From the NCBI GenBank assembly GCA_024278215.1, contig JAJRTR010000192.1:1-41894 (forward strand): a stretch of DNA of 41,894 nt. Reading direction: 5' to 3'. Position numbers and translations under genes: made by a program. The notes beneath the pieces are model-generated. The model had not been told where the DNA came from. It searched no databases and saw only the letters and a program-made list of their open reading frames with translations. Position 1 is the first letter of the stretch. Each line of letters begins with the position of its first letter. Source of the stretch: a bacterium (GTDB lineage: Bacteria > UBP15 > UBA6099 > JAJRTR01). Positions 38,508-41,894 of the stretch are shown here, piece by piece.

Positions 38508-39812
38508 TCAGGTTTTCTTTTCCTTTTTTCGCATGGAGGGGAATAGAACATTGTTGAGGATAAGGCGGTAGCCGGGTGAATTCGGGTAGAGGGAGATGTC
38601 TGTGGGTTTCTCGCCTACGAGGTGGCGGAAATCTTCGGGATCGTGGCCGCCGAGGAAGGTAAAACTCCCCTTCGAGACGTTGCCGTGGATGTATTTCACA
38701 CGATCCGTGCCGGGTGTGTCTGCAAGGATGACAACATCGTCGCGCAGCACGCTTCGCCGGAAAGCCGTAGTCTGCCCGAGGAAGTCATGTACCGAAGTGA
38801 CGTGATCCTGGACAAATATTGTCAATGCCGGGTCCTGTTTCGCGGAAAATTCGAATAACTCGAAGTCCTCTACCATCCGCTGGTCATACAGATTCTTCGG
38901 CATAATATCAATGTTCGACACTTCATAGACATAAGGATCGGCAACGAGCTTGAAATCCCTGAAGGCGAATGTCCTGCTGAAATCGAGCAAATTATCTGCG
39001 TTCGGGGTGCGTGGCGTACCGTCGATCTCGGGCGGCACAATGTCGATGCCGATAGCGGCCAGGGCTATATCCAGACTGTCCGGCGCGGAGCACATTGCGA
39101 ACAGGAAACCGCCCTGCTCGACATATTCGCGGATTTTCAGCGCTACGGCCCCCTTGAGCTTCTGCACGGAATCGAAGCCCAGCTCCTTCGCGGCTATCCT
39201 GCTCCCGCGCACACTGCGCTGATACCAGTCGGCGGCCCGGTAGGCGGCATAGAACTTACCATACTGGCCCGTAAAGTCTTCATGGTGCAGATGGAGCCAG
39301 TCATATTTCAGCAGATCGCCTTTCAGCACCTCCGGGTCCCACACCGTGTCGTAGGGGATCTGCGCATATTCGAGTACCATGCGCACAGCATCGTCCCACG
39401 GCTCTTTTGTCGGGGGCACATATACGGCAATATCCGGTGCCTTCTCGAGCAGCACGACTTCCGCATTGATATTGATTATTTCTTCGTATATGCGGTTCGC
39501 CGTCTCCGGGCCGATCACTTTGTACGACACGCCCATGATCGTGGCGCGGTCGCGGATTTCCTGCGCGTCACGCACGAGAAACGAGCCGCCCCGGTAGTTG
39601 AGCAGCCACTGCACCTTGTAGCCCCTGATGGGTTCGAGGCACCAGTAAGCTATGCCGTAGGCGCGCAGGTGGTCGGCCTGCTGCTCGTCCATATAGATGA
39701 GGATCATCGGCTCGTCGGCATGCCATGTTTCGGCAACGGCGGGTGTGCGCCCAAGGACGATAACAGCGAACACCGCCGCCAGAATAATCCGGTTTGTCGT
39801 CTTTCCTGTCAT
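38508..39812 (-). CDS. Conserved exported protein of the family often labelled asparagine synthetase B (glutamine amidotransferase-like segment)
   Basis: Signal peptide; HLRAYG, WLLNYRGGSF, PWDDAV, DWLHLHHEDFTGQYGKF, GGFLFAMCS and GGHDPED. Family recalled by eye; function uncertain. Confidence 0.75.
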   Translation of the reverse strand: MTGKTTNRIILAAVFAVIVLGRTPAVAETWHADEPMILIYMDEQQADHLRAYGIAYWCLEPIRGYKVQWLLNYRGGSFLVRDAQEIRDRATIMGVSYKVIGPETANRIYEEIININAEVVLLEKAPDIAVYVPPTKEPWDDAVRMVLEYAQIPYDTVWDPEVLKGDLLKYDWLHLHHEDFTGQYGKFYAAYRAADWYQRSVRGSRIAAKELGFDSVQKLKGAVALKIREYVEQGGFLFAMCSAPDSLDIALAAIGIDIVPPEIDGTPRTPNADNLLDFSRTFAFRDFKLVADPYVYEVSNIDIMPKNLYDQRMVEDFELFEFSAKQDPALTIFVQDHVTSVHDFLGQTTAFRRSVLRDDVVILADTPGTDRVKYIHGNVSKGSFTFLGGHDPEDFRHLVGEKPTDISLYPNSPGYRLILNNVLFPSMRKKEKKT

Positions 39813-40004
39813 TTTTACCTTATGCGCCGATCCCAAAACCCTGTTCAACTTCGTTCGGCTGCAATTGTCCGGGTCCGTATCGTCGCCGCAAAATCGTCCT
39901 CAAAAGTGGTGTGCGATTACGTCTGCGCGGATTATGCGCTTCCGCATTGCTCCACGATCAATTCTGCTCGGTCGCTAAACATAAAATACGCGGCAGGCCC
40001 TCGC

Positions 40005-41459
40005 TTATTCCAGCGATGAAATATACCTTAGTATTCCGTCGGCGATGCCGCGCGCTGTTTTCTTCTGGAAGTCTTCCGCGCAGAGCAGCTTACCCTCTTC
40101 TTTATTTGTGAGGTATCCCATTTCTACCAGAACGGAAGGAACGCGAGTCTGGCGGACGACAGCGAATGAACCGAAAACGGCGATGCCGGTTTCGCGGCCC
40201 GTCGCCGCCGGGATGTCTTCAGCGAGAATCTCCGCCAGCGGCCTGTTCATCGGGTGGTACCAGTATATCTCGACGCCGTTGACTTCGGGATCGAGGTCGC
40301 CGTTGGCGTGGATCGAAACAAAAAGATCGGACTGCTCTTTATCGGAAAGTTCGACTCTGTTGTACAGGTCCATCATGTCTTCGCTTGCACCGTCGCGTGT
40401 GAGAACGACGTCGACGCCCTGCTCGCGCAGAAACTGTGCCGCCATGCGCGCCACACTCATATTGACCGCGTGTTCCATGCAATCGCCGGGGCCGTGCGCG
40501 CCCTCCGCGAAACCTTTTGGCCATGGTTCGGGAGCGCCGTGGCCCGGGTCGAGCACAACTTTTCGGATCGGACTCTTTCCCGGATCGCGGAGCCTGAGAT
40601 AGAAATAGCCGTCTTCTGTATAGCCTGTTTCGTAGCCGCCGAATTTATGTTTCAGCTTGATGCGGCCCGTCAGGGTTTCCGTCTCGCGTGGGCATGTGCA
40701 CCGCCCGCCCGCGGCGCGGCACGGCGAGTTCCACCGCCAACGCAGATGGTCGCAATCGACGCCGTAGAGATTTAATATTATCATATCGGGATCAGTATTT
40801 GAAGTTGCGGCATAGGCAACAGGTTCGGTGAGTCTCGCGTGAAGAACGCTGCCTGTTTCGGTGCCTGAGTAGAATATCCTGCCAAGTTGTGCCGTCGGCA
40901 CGCCGTGTTCGAGTCCGCCCGCCGGAGCCTTCACAGGCATCAGCGCTTCGTCATATATCCAGCCGGTCACTGTCGGCGTAAGCTGCGCCTTCATCCAGTG
41001 CTTGAGCCTGTCGGTTATCTTCACGACAGCGCCGCGAGGCACGTCGCCGGCACGGGTGAAGTCTCTCTTGCTGTTGAGTCCGCCGAAAGGGATGCTCCTG
41101 AACGACACGTGGTCGGCGATGATTTCCGCATAGAGAGGTACTTTCAGCGTAGGTATATCGTCCTCGGCAAACGCCGGCGGAAGCTCGATCCGGGAAGGTA
41201 TCAGCGCCGCCAGCCACCCGGCCACCCAGCCCTCTTCGCCGTTGCGCATTCGCACTGGATACCAGTCGTCTTCCATCTCGCCTGTAAGTTCGACAACCGC
41301 GTTCCGGTTGAGCCTGTTGTCTGTCCAGCCGTTGCCGGGACTGGTGTACAGACATGTCTCGCTCGTTGTTATTGTAATAAATTCCTCGGCCCCGAAAACA
41401 GGCGTAAGAATTGTGAAAAGGACTGCAAGGAGTGTGAAGAAACATTTCTTTATAATCAC
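40005..41459 (-). CDS. N-acetylmuramoyl-L-alanine amidase (Amidase_3) with SH3b-like domains
   Basis: VLDPGHG, E, LTR, SIHAN and LVEMGYLTN motifs; N-terminal EEGWV and TGWI SH3b motifs; signal peptide. Confidence 0.92.
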   Translation of the reverse strand: MIIKKCFFTLLAVLFTILTPVFGAEEFITITTSETCLYTSPGNGWTDNRLNRNAVVELTGEMEDDWYPVRMRNGEEGWVAGWLAALIPSRIELPPAFAEDDIPTLKVPLYAEIIADHVSFRSIPFGGLNSKRDFTRAGDVPRGAVVKITDRLKHWMKAQLTPTVTGWIYDEALMPVKAPAGGLEHGVPTAQLGRIFYSGTETGSVLHARLTEPVAYAATSNTDPDMIILNLYGVDCDHLRWRWNSPCRAAGGRCTCPRETETLTGRIKLKHKFGGYETGYTEDGYFYLRLRDPGKSPIRKVVLDPGHGAPEPWPKGFAEGAHGPGDCMEHAVNMSVARMAAQFLREQGVDVVLTRDGASEDMMDLYNRVELSDKEQSDLFVSIHANGDLDPEVNGVEIYWYHPMNRPLAEILAEDIPAATGRETGIAVFGSFAVVRQTRVPSVLVEMGYLTNKEEGKLLCAEDFQKKTARGIADGILRYISSLE

Positions 41460-41893
41460 AAAAGCCCTTTTTCTTTCAGGAATTGGATAATATCCGAAGT
41501 AGTCGTCACCTGCCTGAAGCGCTGCACAGGCACACCGTTCGAGTCGATGATAATATTAGTCGGCGGCCCCTGGATGTTGTACAGGCCATTCAAATCAGGT
41601 GTTGCTTCCAGGTTGATCTTGATCACATTGAGTTTTCCATTTGCAAGGTCTTGAGCATTCTCGATCAACGGCATCTGTTCTTTGCACAGGTTGCACCAGG
41701 TAGCATAAAATTCCAGCATTGTCACCTTGCCTTTTTTGCAGTTGGCTTCAATTTGTTTTATATAATCGTTCTTTACAAATTTTTTTCGGCCTGTCTTCAG
41801 TTTTTTAACGTTTTTAGGCCCGGCGAAATTCTCGACGATGCCCATATTCTTCACTACGTGCATCACTGTCGGAACATACGTTATTTCATAATC
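41456..41893 (-). CDS. Thioredoxin-domain protein, 5' truncated (probably tandem Trx domains)
   Basis: EFYATWCNLC and IQGPPT. The frame stays open to the window edge and reads DYEITYVPTV, resembling the cis-Pro loop of a preceding Trx domain. Confidence 0.8.
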   Translation of the reverse strand, partial: DYEITYVPTVMHVVKNMGIVENFAGPKNVKKLKTGRKKFVKNDYIKQIEANCKKGKVTMLEFYATWCNLCKEQMPLIENAQDLANGKLNVIKINLEATPDLNGLYNIQGPPTNIIIDSNGVPVQRFRQVTTTSDIIQFLKEKGLL

Positions 41894-41894
41894 C

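Noticed and set aside
1-41894. CRISPR array, rRNA, tRNA or prophage
   Set aside because: No regularly spaced direct repeats, RNA gene signatures or phage genes seen.

Overview
Bacterial chromosomal window with about 36 CDS, mostly housekeeping and envelope genes: DsbA, YyaL, Rrf2, glycosyltransferase, acyl-CoA ligase, NUDIX, a sigma54-type two-component system, tupABC, tmk, a class III aminotransferase, enoyl-CoA hydratase, amidase and thioredoxin. I saw no rRNA, tRNA, CRISPR array, transposase or recombinase. The main candidate system is an orphan flagellin (35793-37370, minus strand) carrying a VWA/MIDAS domain and an EF-hand-like loop in its hypervariable region. Its near-consensus sigma28 promoter lies about 0.9 kb upstream, inside a 770-bp non-coding segment bounded by a perfect 27-bp inverted repeat (37520-37546 / 38317-38343). 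This suggests an invertible promoter switch for an adhesin-like flagellin, but that is inference: no recombinase is visible and a third repeat copy occurs elsewhere. Also notable are a second divergent flagellin with a sigma28 promoter and CsrA-type RBS hairpin, a hisD-like/hisB-like/HAD operon with altered metal ligands, an in-frame TGA splitting a phosphodiester glycosidase, an acyl-CoA ligase with a degenerate P-loop, and several MITE/REP families. All product calls come from motif recognition by eye; no searches were run.
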